The notes below the pieces were generated by a model. The model was not told the origin of the DNA, made no database searches, and saw only the letters and a program-made list of their open reading frames with translations. A stretch of DNA of 23,234 nt from the NCBI GenBank assembly GCA_051382335.1, contig JBBCAX010000386.1, positions 1 to 23,234 on the forward strand, given 5' to 3'. A program made the translations under genes and the position numbers. The DNA is from Deltaproteobacteria bacterium TL4 (GTDB taxonomy: Bacteria > SAR324 > NAC60-12). Shown piece by piece: positions 1-11,872 of the stretch. The first letter of the stretch is position 1. Each line of letters begins with the position of its first letter.

Positions 1-50
1 CTAAAAAGGACAAACTGACCAACTAAGGAGGAATCCGCACTGTCTATTTT

Positions 51-365
51 TTAAGTAACTGATATTATTGAGTTTATTAAAAATAAGAAACAGGCAGAAA
101 TGCCATTAACTACATGAAAAACTATAGGATAACACCATCGGACAATCCCAGAAATTGGTTCATAGACCTTAACTTGATCCCCCTCACCCTTTCCATAAAG
201 CTTCAGCCTAATCCGACTCCCTTTCAACATCATATAGGTGACTCTTATTTTACATCCTCCCCCTGAAATGTCACTGCAAACCACATGGAATTCTTGATAG
301 CCATGCTGCATTTCTGCGACAACATGAACATTTTTTCTTTCTTCTTTGCGTTGTTCAACTCCCAA
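51..365 (-). CDS. PilZ-domain (c-di-GMP receptor) protein, possibly C-terminally truncated
   Basis: Has both PilZ motifs, RxxxR (QRKEER) and DxSxxG (SDISGGG), followed by VRW. AGGAG SD precedes the TTG start. The tail after WCYP lacks the usual terminal G-h-x-F strand. Confidence 0.75.
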   Translation of the reverse strand: MGVEQRKEERKNVHVVAEMQHGYQEFHVVCSDISGGGCKIRVTYMMLKGSRIRLKLYGKGEGDQVKVYEPISGIVRWCYPIVFHVVNGISACFLFLINSIISVT

Positions 366-465
366 CTTAGCTCCTTTCCTATGTCCGCCTTTGGAGTCAT
401 TCTATAATAACACTACACAAAACGACCAATTATAGAGACAATCTGCCGATATTGCTGATTTCTGA

Positions 466-2022
466 TTAAAAACTGTACTTTACGCTAGATAACAATCGAT
501 CATTATTACGATAGGGGTAAACAAACCCTGCCTCATCAGAGGCTTCATATACCACGACACTCGCTGAAAATGTCAGCGCATCAACATAATCATAATCTAT
601 CGAAAAACGAAAAAGATCCCCATTATCAGCAGGAAGGTTGATCCATATAAATTGTGTCTGAACGGTTTGATCTGAGTTATTATAACGAAGGATTGCGACA
701 GAAGTGGTACTTATTTCGTCACTGGCCAGATTCTCTTCATAAGATTCAATTTGAGTTGATTCACTTTCCAAGCTCAAAACCAAGTCCGAAGTAATCGTGT
801 ATTCCAATCCAAGCAACCCTTGCAAAACGTCTTTCTCAGACCAGCTTTTCGGTAAAGACACCCCGGCAAGAACTTGTTGCTGCATATCATTTCTAGCGTA
901 GGCTTTACCTGACTTGGCGGCAAATTCCAACTTAAACAGCAGTGAATCTTTGACACGATTCAAAGACATTCCTGTGACTTTAATTCTCCGATATTTGGGA
1001 ACTAACGTCGTATATGGAACGAATTCAGTAAACGAAACGGGAACTATTGTTAACTGCTCCAAATCCAAATAAGCACTATTGTCAACAACATCCGCATATA
1101 CAAAACTCAGATCCCCACCATTAAAGGATTTGAAAACACGAAACAACCACTCTGTATTTTCAGCGGTGCTTTCTGGAACCTCGTCTTCTGTTATGGTATA
1201 AGTTGGACCTCTTAAGCGAATATAAGGATCGTAATCAGAACCATAGGTGCCAATTTTATCTACACGGATTTCATGAACGGCAACGGCATTAATTTCCCAG
1301 CTATCAAAAATCCACGAAAGTTTGGTTGCTGACATAGGGATACGGGTATCTTCCAAATCCACTTGGCCTAATTCCCGACTATCGCGGGGATTGACCATAT
1401 CAATGATGGGCGTTCCTTCGGATTCACCCCAGGCAATAATTTGACGTCCTACCTTGAGCCATAAGTTTTTTTGGTACAAAGGCCCCTCGATAAAAGTGTC
1501 TCTAAATTCAGCTTCCTGTTCGTAGGCGTTGAGCGTTTCCTTAGGGAAGCCCTCCCGATTTTTTTGACGATAATAATCATCATAAAAGGCATTTCCACTG
1601 ACTTTTAATTTCCAATTTCCAGCAATTTTCCAATCAAAATCAAGGTTCAACGTAGTTCGCATTTTTGATAACTCAGTTTCTTCTCTAAGAAAAGCATAAT
1701 CTTTCTCAGGTTTTTGATAGCTATAAGCGAGTTCTTCTTTGATGAAACCTCCCCATGAAAAGAGTTGAGGAGAGGCCTCTTCAATTGTATTGAGCTCAAT
1801 CTTAATTTCACCAAATTTATTTCCCTCGTCCCCCCATGAACCATCACTCACACCTTCGTCTCCCTGTCCTTCGTCACTTTCTGTGCCATCAGTGTTGCTT
1901 GCCTGTTCTTCAACGACTTCCTCTGCTTCAGTTTGCTGGGCCTGCACTATTTTCGCACCGAAACCCCAAAATATAAAAGAAAAAGAGCACAGTACCAGCC
2001 CCAGTCCCAGTATTTTTCTCAT
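466..2022 (-). CDS. DUF1302-like outer-membrane beta-barrel protein
   Basis: Signal peptide (MRKILGLGLVL...VQA), acidic low-complexity N-terminal linker, KVGRQIIAWG and DMVNPRD motifs typical of this barrel family, C-terminal YSF (BAM signal). Start placed at ATG 2022, right after the upstream stop at 2024-2026; the ORF track starts at 2070. Confidence 0.7.
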   Translation of the reverse strand: MRKILGLGLVLCSFSFIFWGFGAKIVQAQQTEAEEVVEEQASNTDGTESDEGQGDEGVSDGSWGDEGNKFGEIKIELNTIEEASPQLFSWGGFIKEELAYSYQKPEKDYAFLREETELSKMRTTLNLDFDWKIAGNWKLKVSGNAFYDDYYRQKNREGFPKETLNAYEQEAEFRDTFIEGPLYQKNLWLKVGRQIIAWGESEGTPIIDMVNPRDSRELGQVDLEDTRIPMSATKLSWIFDSWEINAVAVHEIRVDKIGTYGSDYDPYIRLRGPTYTITEDEVPESTAENTEWLFRVFKSFNGGDLSFVYADVVDNSAYLDLEQLTIVPVSFTEFVPYTTLVPKYRRIKVTGMSLNRVKDSLLFKLEFAAKSGKAYARNDMQQQVLAGVSLPKSWSEKDVLQGLLGLEYTITSDLVLSLESESTQIESYEENLASDEISTTSVAILRYNNSDQTVQTQFIWINLPADNGDLFRFSIDYDYVDALTFSASVVVYEASDEAGFVYPYRNNDRLLSSVKYSF

Positions 2023-2023
2023 G

Positions 2024-2857
2024 TTATAGCCCCTGCTGAATACGCTGTGTTGTAAACATATTGTCATCAATCACAGCATTATATTGAATAGATTGGATCA
2101 CCATCACCGTCGCATGAAGTTGCTGCCCATTTTTCGTAGTAATCATCTGAACTTTTTTTGCTGTCCAAATACCCTCAATTTTTTCAATATCTGATAAAGT
2201 GAGGTATTTAATAGTTTTCCCTTTTTGAACCCAAAATTGGCCCTTAATCAACATCAGGTTGTCTTTGCGTATCCATAACTGTGCTTTTACATTTCCTGTT
2301 TCCTTCACGACTTCTTTCAATAATTCCGGTTTGGGCGAACTTTCAATAATCCAAACATCATGCCCCTCTTCCTTTCCTGATGGATCGACAAATTTATAGT
2401 CATAGTCCTCAAGATTGACGCCTTCTATATCAGCGTAAGTAAAATCACTCCCCATAAAGGAACCCGACTTATCACTAGATGCGATGCGTTTTACTTTTCT
2501 CAGGGCTGGTAAGTAAAGCCAGGAATCGTCTTCTTTCGTCTCATCATCCCAGTTATAAGACAGAAAAGCTGTATTTTTGACATCTGCCGGTGAAAGGAAA
2601 AAGGAGGTACTTTTGGTATCTTTTCCATATTCTTTGCGAAATTGCTTCGTGTGACGTAAACGCTGTTTACCTTGACGATCAATCAATATCATCGTACTTT
2701 CCGCAATTGAAGTGTCTCCCGTATAACGGTCCTCCACTTGTTGCATGACATCCTTAGCCGTCAGTTCTGCACTGTGGAGCTGAAATCCCCACCCCGCCAA
2801 GTAAATCAGAACCCCTAAGCCAAACATGCCGGCTTTTCTGCATTTGTATTGATTCAT
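2024..2857 (-). CDS. Outer-membrane lipoprotein-sorting protein (LolA-like family)
   Basis: Family motifs FLSPADVKNTAFL, DDSWLYLPALRKVKRI and GSFMGSDFTYAD; signal peptide; AAGGAG SD before ATG 2857. Confidence 0.85.
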   Translation of the reverse strand: MNQYKCRKAGMFGLGVLIYLAGWGFQLHSAELTAKDVMQQVEDRYTGDTSIAESTMILIDRQGKQRLRHTKQFRKEYGKDTKSTSFFLSPADVKNTAFLSYNWDDETKEDDSWLYLPALRKVKRIASSDKSGSFMGSDFTYADIEGVNLEDYDYKFVDPSGKEEGHDVWIIESSPKPELLKEVVKETGNVKAQLWIRKDNLMLIKGQFWVQKGKTIKYLTLSDIEKIEGIWTAKKVQMITTKNGQQLHATVMVIQSIQYNAVIDDNMFTTQRIQQGL

Positions 2858-3006
2858 TCGATTTCTCCTTATATTAATGTTTTGATGGAAGCGCAAACTG
2901 AATACTCATCAGTGGTGCCTCCCGAGATCCGGTAGAAAAGACTCATCTCCCAGCTCTCAGAACTCATCACTCTAAGTTAAGACGAATCTTCAGAATAAGA
3001 CTCCTT

Positions 3007-3666
3007 ATGAACGTACTGGACGCTCTCGCTCATAGTCATGTTATTAATAAAATGGAATCAATTAAGAAAGACTTTTCTCCATATTTAGTCAAAGATTTAG
3101 TATCAGAGCACAAAACTGTAATTTTTGTGTTTGAATCACCCCATACCTCAGAGGTCAAAAATGGCTATCCGCTGGCAGGAAACAGCGGAAAATCCGTAAC
3201 TAAAGTATTGAATCAATTATTATATAACAATCAACTTGATTGTGATCAACCTTTTGGCGCATGCCTTTCTCAGCAGCATCAGCATTTCCAGCAATTGGGG
3301 ATCATGAACGTTTGTCAAATCCCGCTGCAATCATCCGCTTACCCTAGGGATATCCATGATTCTTATCTAAAGATCTTCACTAGTTTTGAAACGCTGCGCA
3401 GTGCCCCCCAAACAAAAAAAAGGAAAATCCAATTAACACTGGACATTGAACAAATAATTGTTCATGACCTAGTAAGGAGATTTTCTCGGATGTCATGCCA
3501 AAATCCACTAATCATTCCATGTGGTAACGTTGCCCGGGCTTTTCTAAAAAAGTGTGGGAACTTAAGCTTTTTTGAAGGCATCCCCCACCCTTCATATGGT
3601 CAGTGGGGTAGGGAAGACAATCAACCGATTCTCCGACAAATGTCAGAAGCAATTATTAATAGGTGA
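3007..3666 (+). CDS. Uracil-DNA glycosylase superfamily protein (divergent)
   Basis: N-terminal VIFVFESPHTSE..GYPLAGNSG resembles UDG motif A (GEAPG..E...G.PFVG.SG). IIPCGNVA strand and C-terminal HPSY resemble motif B. Confidence 0.65.
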   Translation: MNVLDALAHSHVINKMESIKKDFSPYLVKDLVSEHKTVIFVFESPHTSEVKNGYPLAGNSGKSVTKVLNQLLYNNQLDCDQPFGACLSQQHQHFQQLGIMNVCQIPLQSSAYPRDIHDSYLKIFTSFETLRSAPQTKKRKIQLTLDIEQIIVHDLVRRFSRMSCQNPLIIPCGNVARAFLKKCGNLSFFEGIPHPSYGQWGREDNQPILRQMSEAIINR

Positions 3667-3776
3667 CCATTAACTATACTGGGAACACCAACCTTAAGTA
3701 GTTTTAAGCCTCTCTACCCACTTCCATACTTGTTAGGGGCATGTGTTATGAGAAAACTGATATTCAAGGATAATTT

Positions 3777-4073
3777 ATGAAGAATCAGAAGATAATAATT
3801 ACTCGGTGCCCTTTAAGCAAATCGCCTTGTGAAGAAACATGCCCTGCAATTATTGCCTTTCACAAAGGATTGGAAGTTCCAGTGAAGAAATCATTGCTCT
3901 CATCGGTACCTAAAGATACGAGTGTTGTGAATTTCTGGTTCTTCAAAAGAGCCTTAAAGCGTATGGATCAAGAGGCTTATGTAAAGTTTAAGGTATGTAA
4001 AAAAAATAAAGGATTAAGAGGCATTCTGAATTTTCAAATTCCTTTTTCCGATTATGTCTGTCCTCTTAATTGA
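3777..4073 (+). CDS. Small Cys/Lys-rich hypothetical protein
   Basis: 98-aa ORF with AAGGA SD; CPxxxxPCxxxC cluster at the N-terminus; 22-bp convergent overlap with the next gene. Confidence 0.55.
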   Translation: MKNQKIIITRCPLSKSPCEETCPAIIAFHKGLEVPVKKSLLSSVPKDTSVVNFWFFKRALKRMDQEAYVKFKVCKKNKGLRGILNFQIPFSDYVCPLN

Positions 4074-4819
4074 TGAATCCATGAACTCCATTCAACTAAT
4101 TGATTTTTAAAGCATAAAATTAGATTTTTGATGGCACCTAGGTAGTCTGCCTGCTGAACAAAAGAGCTCAAGTCTGTGCCACAATAGTAGTCGATTGAGT
4201 TGGCAAAAGGCCAAAAAAAGGCTTGTACCAATCCAAGTCCAGTTAAGTCCTCAATCAAGGTAGGGGCTACAATAAAGCGAAAAACGCCCACATATACCAA
4301 AAGAACCCCAACCCATAAAAACAACCTCATGACTGTTGCCTTTAATATGTACTCCGATTGCATCTCAATATATTCTGCTTGTTTAGGGCCCATGCCAAAA
4401 GCGATCAGAAATTTTCCCATAAGGTGCATCTCATTATACGCATTGTGAACTTCAGGGGCGATTTTCGCTTTAATCCATTGATGTATCGCTTTATGGCGAT
4501 ACTTCAAAAAGAAGAAAAGACAACTAAAAATGGTTCCAAGGTTCAATAAGATACGAATTATTCCATACAATGCGGAACCCATATATACCAGTGTTACGAG
4601 CAAGGTCGCTTGTTCCTTTGTAAACCAATATTTTGCTCCAAAAATAGCCATTAGCAAAATAATAACATTGAAAAAAATATCAATTCCTGATCGAAATAAC
4701 GTTTTATCCATCTGTTGGACGGCAATTCGTTTACCCCTTTCCAATTCCCAATGAACACGATGTGATACCATCTGCTTTACAGCCTTTGACATCACCTTAT
4801 GAACAGGCTCTTTTGACAT
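4052..4819 (-). CDS. Hypothetical integral membrane protein
   Basis: 255-aa ORF with several hydrophobic segments; GGAGAAGGA SD immediately upstream of the ATG. Confidence 0.75.
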   Translation of the reverse strand: MSKEPVHKVMSKAVKQMVSHRVHWELERGKRIAVQQMDKTLFRSGIDIFFNVIILLMAIFGAKYWFTKEQATLLVTLVYMGSALYGIIRILLNLGTIFSCLFFFLKYRHKAIHQWIKAKIAPEVHNAYNEMHLMGKFLIAFGMGPKQAEYIEMQSEYILKATVMRLFLWVGVLLVYVGVFRFIVAPTLIEDLTGLGLVQAFFWPFANSIDYYCGTDLSSFVQQADYLGAIKNLILCFKNQLVEWSSWIHQLRGQT

Positions 4820-4988
4820 TTCCTTCTCCTCACTGAGGACTGCAGTTCTTATTTACTTTCTAAGTGTTTCATTAGACTCTTGACGATATTTTTAAAAGAG
4901 TGCCTTGGTTTAGAACCGCGACATTTAAAAAACCTAATGCATCTTTTTCTTTGTTGTGCGTGATTGACGGGAGAGGTATGAGGAAGGA

Positions 4989-5018
4989 GCAAGATAACAA
5001 CACGTGGCGTTATCTTGC
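4989..5018 (-). terminator. Hairpin downstream of atpC (probable terminator or 3' stabiliser)
   Basis: Perfect 10-bp inverted repeat GCAAGATAAC / GTTATCTTGC with a 10-nt loop, 8 nt after the atpC stop; followed by TCCTTCCT rather than a U-run. Confidence 0.55.
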
Positions 5019-5026
5019 GAAAGACT

Positions 5027-5452
5027 TTATCGATAGTTCGAAGCATGCAAACGTACAATAGCCCGCTTCAATTTGTTTTCGTATTTGATAAAACGTGCAG
5101 CATCGCTTTTATCTCCTGCAGGAGAGTAAAGTTGTTTAAGCATGTCTTCTGCTTTTTTCTGAGCGGATTGTGCCCGAGTCGTGTCAATTTCTGCTGCGGT
5201 TTCAGCTAACTCAGCAAGTACAACCACTTGATTTCCTTCAACTTGAGCATAGCCCCAATGAACCGCAACCGCATGAACTTTCCCTCCAATTCGGTAGGTC
5301 ATCAAACCGGTGTTCAAGGTTGTTAATAAAGGAATATGTTCTGGCAATATTCCTAACTCTCCCTCGCTTCCTGGTAAGGTAACAGAGTCCACATCCACTT
5401 CAACAAGAATCCTCTGAGGTGTCACCACTTCCAATCGCAATTGTTTTGACAT
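5027..5452 (-). CDS. atpC: F1 ATP synthase subunit epsilon
   Basis: LEVVTP, LPGSEGELGILPEHIPL and LKRAIVRL motifs; last gene of the atp cluster. Confidence 0.96.
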   Translation of the reverse strand: MSKQLRLEVVTPQRILVEVDVDSVTLPGSEGELGILPEHIPLLTTLNTGLMTYRIGGKVHAVAVHWGYAQVEGNQVVVLAELAETAAEIDTTRAQSAQKKAEDMLKQLYSPAGDKSDAARFIKYENKLKRAIVRLHASNYR

Positions 5453-5486
5453 TCGAAACCCTTAATGTGGGATTAATATAAATGCT

Positions 5487-5533
5487 AAAAAACTCTCAGT
5501 CCCCTCATTTCACAAGGTAAAAACTGAGAGTTT
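5487..5533 (-). terminator. Intercistronic hairpin with U-tract between atpD and atpC
   Basis: Perfect 11-bp inverted repeat AAACTCTCAGT (5490-5500) / ACTGAGAGTTT (5523-5533); on the minus strand the stem ends in a run of six T. Confidence 0.5.
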
Positions 5534-5549
5534 GAATATCAGCAAAAAC

Positions 5550-6971
<1,422 letters not shown>

Positions 6972-7013
6972 TCAAAGTTATCGATTCTATCAAACCGCTG
7001 AAAAGAAAACCGC

Positions 7014-7862
7014 TTACAAGCTTTCGGCACCACTGATGATCTCAATCAGTTCCTTAGTAATTGCTGCCTGCCGTGTACGGTTATAATGGAGTTGTAATTT
7101 ATCGATCATTTCTCCTGCATTCTTAGTTGCGGAGTCCATAGCCATCATTCGTGCAGCATGTTCTCCTGCTATCGAATCCAGCCATCCTACATAAACCTGG
7201 TTCTGAACATATTTCCGGAGCAATGTATCCATGATCATTTCAGGTGACGGTTCGAAAATGAAATCTCGTTCATCCCAATTTTCTGTCTCCGGAGGCTCAA
7301 TGGGGAGCAACATTTCCAGAACAGGTTGCTGACTGACAATGCTGACGAGATGACTATAGGCTAGATACACTCGATCCAGTTCCTTATTTTCAAACTTTGT
7401 CACGAACTCATCCAGAATCTGCTTCACAACACCCAAGCGATCTTCAACACGCACGTCCATATAAACGTGCTGAATCGAATGCGGGGTATTCTTGAAAGCA
7501 TCACGCCCCTTTCTTCCAACAATCGCCATTTCAGCGGTGACCTGATCCTGAGCTAATTGTGCCGCAACTTTCTTACACAAAGTGGAGTTAAATCCTCCGC
7601 AGAGCCCTCTATCGGAAGTGATCAGAATCACACCGGTACGATTCCCTTCTGTACTTTGAAACAAGGCGTGATCCTCTTCTGTAAAATTGCGACTCAGGGT
7701 TGACACCACTTTTCTCAATTTTTCAGAATAAGGACGAGCCTGTCCAATATTTTTCTGGGCACGACTCATCTTTGCGGAAGAAACCATCTTCATTGAGCTG
7801 GTGATCTTCTGTGTGTTTTTTACACTAGTAATTCGATTACGAATATCTTTTAAACTTGCCAT
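7014..7862 (-). CDS. atpG: F1 ATP synthase subunit gamma
   Basis: MASLKDIRNRITSVKNTQKIT, SDRGLCGGFN and RQAAITKELIEI motifs. Confidence 0.99.
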   Translation of the reverse strand: MASLKDIRNRITSVKNTQKITSSMKMVSSAKMSRAQKNIGQARPYSEKLRKVVSTLSRNFTEEDHALFQSTEGNRTGVILITSDRGLCGGFNSTLCKKVAAQLAQDQVTAEMAIVGRKGRDAFKNTPHSIQHVYMDVRVEDRLGVVKQILDEFVTKFENKELDRVYLAYSHLVSIVSQQPVLEMLLPIEPPETENWDERDFIFEPSPEMIMDTLLRKYVQNQVYVGWLDSIAGEHAARMMAMDSATKNAGEMIDKLQLHYNRTRQAAITKELIEIISGAESL

Positions 7863-7887
7863 TGAACACTATCCTTCAGGATTGAAA

Positions 7888-9402
<1,515 letters not shown>

Positions 9403-9945
9403 TTAACCTCTAATGATGGATTGTCGTACACGAGTTAATTGATTGCGGAGACTTCCGTCGATAACAACGGAACCGATACGGGTGATCACCCCACCAATTA
9501 TTAACGGATCGATAGTTTGAGTGACATTAACAGTTTTTCCAGTGATGAGGGACAATTGCTTTTCCAGTCCCTTGACCGCATCTTGAGCCAGTTCGCTCGC
9601 AACTGTCACTTTGGCGTCCAGGCGTCCTAGTTTCTCTCTGAGCAACACTGAAAACACCCGTTCAATGTCCAGCAACAAAACAATGCGCCGTTTATTCAGT
9701 AAGTATTTAGTGAAAGTCTGGACCACAGGTTGTACCTGCAAGGTTTCCAGAATTTTAGAGACAATTGCTTGTTTGTCACTCATACTTATTTTAGCACCTG
9801 CAAGGGTAGATTGAAGCAAGGGAGACCCCTCAAACGTCTCTGCCAACTCTTCTAAATTACGTCCTACAGTCTCTAAATCTTGTGCGTCCTTGACCAAGCC
9901 CAATAAGGCTTTGGCATAACGCTTCGCAATAACCATTTGACTCAC
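9403..9945 (-). CDS. atpH: F1 ATP synthase subunit delta
   Basis: IAKRYAKAL and DPLIIGG...VIDGSLR motifs; 4-bp overlap with atpF. Confidence 0.96.
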   Translation of the reverse strand: MSQMVIAKRYAKALLGLVKDAQDLETVGRNLEELAETFEGSPLLQSTLAGAKISMSDKQAIVSKILETLQVQPVVQTFTKYLLNKRRIVLLLDIERVFSVLLREKLGRLDAKVTVASELAQDAVKGLEKQLSLITGKTVNVTQTIDPLIIGGVITRIGSVVIDGSLRNQLTRVRQSIIRG

Positions 9946-10523
9946 TGTGTGCCTCCTGATTGCGTGAGTTCACTGATATAACGACTCACCAAGTTACTTT
10001 GGTGCGCATCGGTAAGTTGTTGTTTTATTTTTTTTTCAGCAAGTTTCATCGCTTCTTCCGCCACCCAGGCTTTCAACGCTTGTTCGGCTTTCTTATACTC
10101 CTGTTCCACACTCATTTGCGTCTGCACTCTTATCTTTTCAGATATTGCGTGACCTTCCCCAATGATGCGGTTCTTCTCCGCTTCTGCCTCTTTCTTTGCA
10201 TTTGCGATCATGGCTTCTGCCTCTTTCTTCATGTTTGCCAGCTTATTTTGATAATGTTTCAAGTCTTCTGCAATCTGCTGTTTTGCCGCACGGGCGTCAT
10301 CCAGATTCTGCTTCGCTGTTTCCGCCGAACTGTGCATACCCGCTTTAACAGGATTTCTTGCAAAACGATACAAAACGTAAATCAAAACCGCAAAATTCAG
10401 GATTTTGAACACAAAATCGACCAGAGGATGAGAACTTCCGCCACCTTCTGAAGCGTAGACCCACGGTGCGGAAAGGCTAAGGATTAACACTGAATTTAAA
10501 AGAAACATGAGTTTCACTTTCAT
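9942..10523 (-). CDS. atpF: F0 ATP synthase subunit b (with N-terminal signal-peptide-like extension)
   Basis: TM helix FKILNFAVLIYVLYRFA followed by a long Ala/Glu/Lys coiled coil; AGGAG SD before ATG 10523. Confidence 0.9.
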   Translation of the reverse strand: MKVKLMFLLNSVLILSLSAPWVYASEGGGSSHPLVDFVFKILNFAVLIYVLYRFARNPVKAGMHSSAETAKQNLDDARAAKQQIAEDLKHYQNKLANMKKEAEAMIANAKKEAEAEKNRIIGEGHAISEKIRVQTQMSVEQEYKKAEQALKAWVAEEAMKLAEKKIKQQLTDAHQSNLVSRYISELTQSGGTQ

Positions 10524-10584
10524 GAACACTCTCCTGGAAATGGTTGTCAATAAATCAAAATACTACTGCCGCTAACACATTTTT

Positions 10585-11064
10585 TCAATGAAGCAAATGT
10601 TTGGCTGTCACACCCGCAAGCTGTTCTGAAATGGCCTGAAGCAGAGTTTTTGCCGACTCCACTTCGGTCTGTAACTTAGCTTTCCCTCTTTCTATTTCTT
10701 CATCACCGGCACTACGAGCCTGTGCCAATAAAGCATCCTTTTGCTTGAGGGCTTCTCCTCGTGCGACATTCAGCACTTCATTGATTTCAACACGGGCAGA
10801 CTCCAGCTTCTTCTCATACTCTTGACTGAGTTTGTTAATGTGAGCTCTTGTGGTTTCAACAGTATGCTTACTCTCTTCAATGATCTTTTTACGATTGTCC
10901 AAAGTCCGGAGTACCGGTTGAAATAGAAGCTTATTGAGAACCACAACCATGATGAATATTGTCAACGCCATCAGAAGGGGGGTCGCTAGTTGAACATGGA
11001 GAAGCCCGTAGTCCATACTCAATCCACCCCAAGCATTATCTATGACAATTTGTTTTAAATCCAT
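10585..11064 (-). CDS. atpF2: F0 ATP synthase subunit b' (second b paralogue)
   Basis: TM helix then LNKLLFQPVLRTLDNR and a coiled coil; first gene of the cluster. Confidence 0.88.
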   Translation of the reverse strand: MDLKQIVIDNAWGGLSMDYGLLHVQLATPLLMALTIFIMVVVLNKLLFQPVLRTLDNRKKIIEESKHTVETTRAHINKLSQEYEKKLESARVEINEVLNVARGEALKQKDALLAQARSAGDEEIERGKAKLQTEVESAKTLLQAISEQLAGVTAKHLLH

Positions 11065-11189
11065 TGTTTCAATCCTACTGCAAAATCAATCAAAATAAAT
11101 GTCCTTTTATCGTATTGACGTATTTTCCTTCGAAAACTAATTATTAAGGTAAGGGCAATAACATAGCACGCTTAACGGGTCAAGATTGA

Positions 11190-11219
11190 TTTTATTATTT
11201 TTATTATTTTTATTATTTT
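11190..11219. repeat. (TTTTATTAT)3 tandem repeat in the divergent atp/ispF intergenic region
   Basis: Three exact 9-bp copies at 11190-11216 plus a partial copy, flanked by outward-facing TTGACC hexamers (11178-11183 minus, 11230-11235 plus). Confidence 0.8.
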
Positions 11220-11355
11220 CTGCTTTTCCTTGACCTTGTAACCCTATACATAATCTTGGTATGGTAGTCAGATTTAGGTCTATTGGGGCCATTCATTCTC
11301 AAATAATACATTCCAAATTTTTTTCAGCATAAAATTAAAGAAAGTGAGGGCATCC

Positions 11356-11832
11356 ATGTTTCGTATAGGTACAGGATTTGATGTGCATCAACTCGTGGAA
11401 AACCGTAAACTTGTATTAGGAGGCGTCCTCATCCCGTTCGAACGGGGTCTGTTGGGCCATTCTGATGCGGATGTGCTGTTACATGCCATCATGGACTCGA
11501 TTTTAGGGGCACTGGCTCTTGGTGATATCGGCGCGCACTTTCCTGATGATGATCCTGCATACGAGGGAGCTGACAGTATGGAACTGCTCCAACACGTAAT
11601 GGGTTTGGCTCAGCAACAACATTACACACTGATGAATCTGGACTGCACCATAATGGCACAGCGCCCCAAAATCAAGCCTTACCTGAAACAAATGCGAGAA
11701 GGAATAGCCAGAATCCTGTCTGCCGATATTTCTCAAATTTCAATCAAGGCAACTACCACTGAAAAACTGGGTTTCATTGGCAGAGAGGAGGGGATTGCGG
11801 CTCAAACTGTTGTCTTGCTTCAAAAAATTTGA
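11356..11832 (+). CDS. ispF: 2-C-methyl-D-erythritol 2,4-cyclodiphosphate synthase
   Basis: [28 protein letters not shown] and [11 protein letters not shown] motifs; start at ATG 11356 after GAGGG. Confidence 0.97.
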   Translation: MFRIGTGFDVHQLVENRKLVLGGVLIPFERGLLGHSDADVLLHAIMDSILGALALGDIGAHFPDDDPAYEGADSMELLQHVMGLAQQQHYTLMNLDCTIMAQRPKIKPYLKQMREGIARILSADISQISIKATTTEKLGFIGREEGIAAQTVVLLQKI

Positions 11833-11872
11833 GATTCCATCTCCTTGATTCACCTAAACCCTGGAGTGCATT

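Noticed and set aside
4849..5058. 69-aa minus-strand ORF downstream of atpC
   Set aside because: Overlaps the atpC end, runs through the terminator-like hairpin, and has no SD or recognisable features.
5490..5525. ACCTTGT-GAAA-TGAGGGGAC resembles the c-di-GMP-I riboswitch P2 arm
   Set aside because: Lacks the flanking GGCAAA and GCAAAG elements and P3; better explained as an intercistronic hairpin.
9960..10451. 163-aa plus-strand ORF
   Set aside because: Antisense to atpF, with Phe/Leu/Cys-rich shadow composition.
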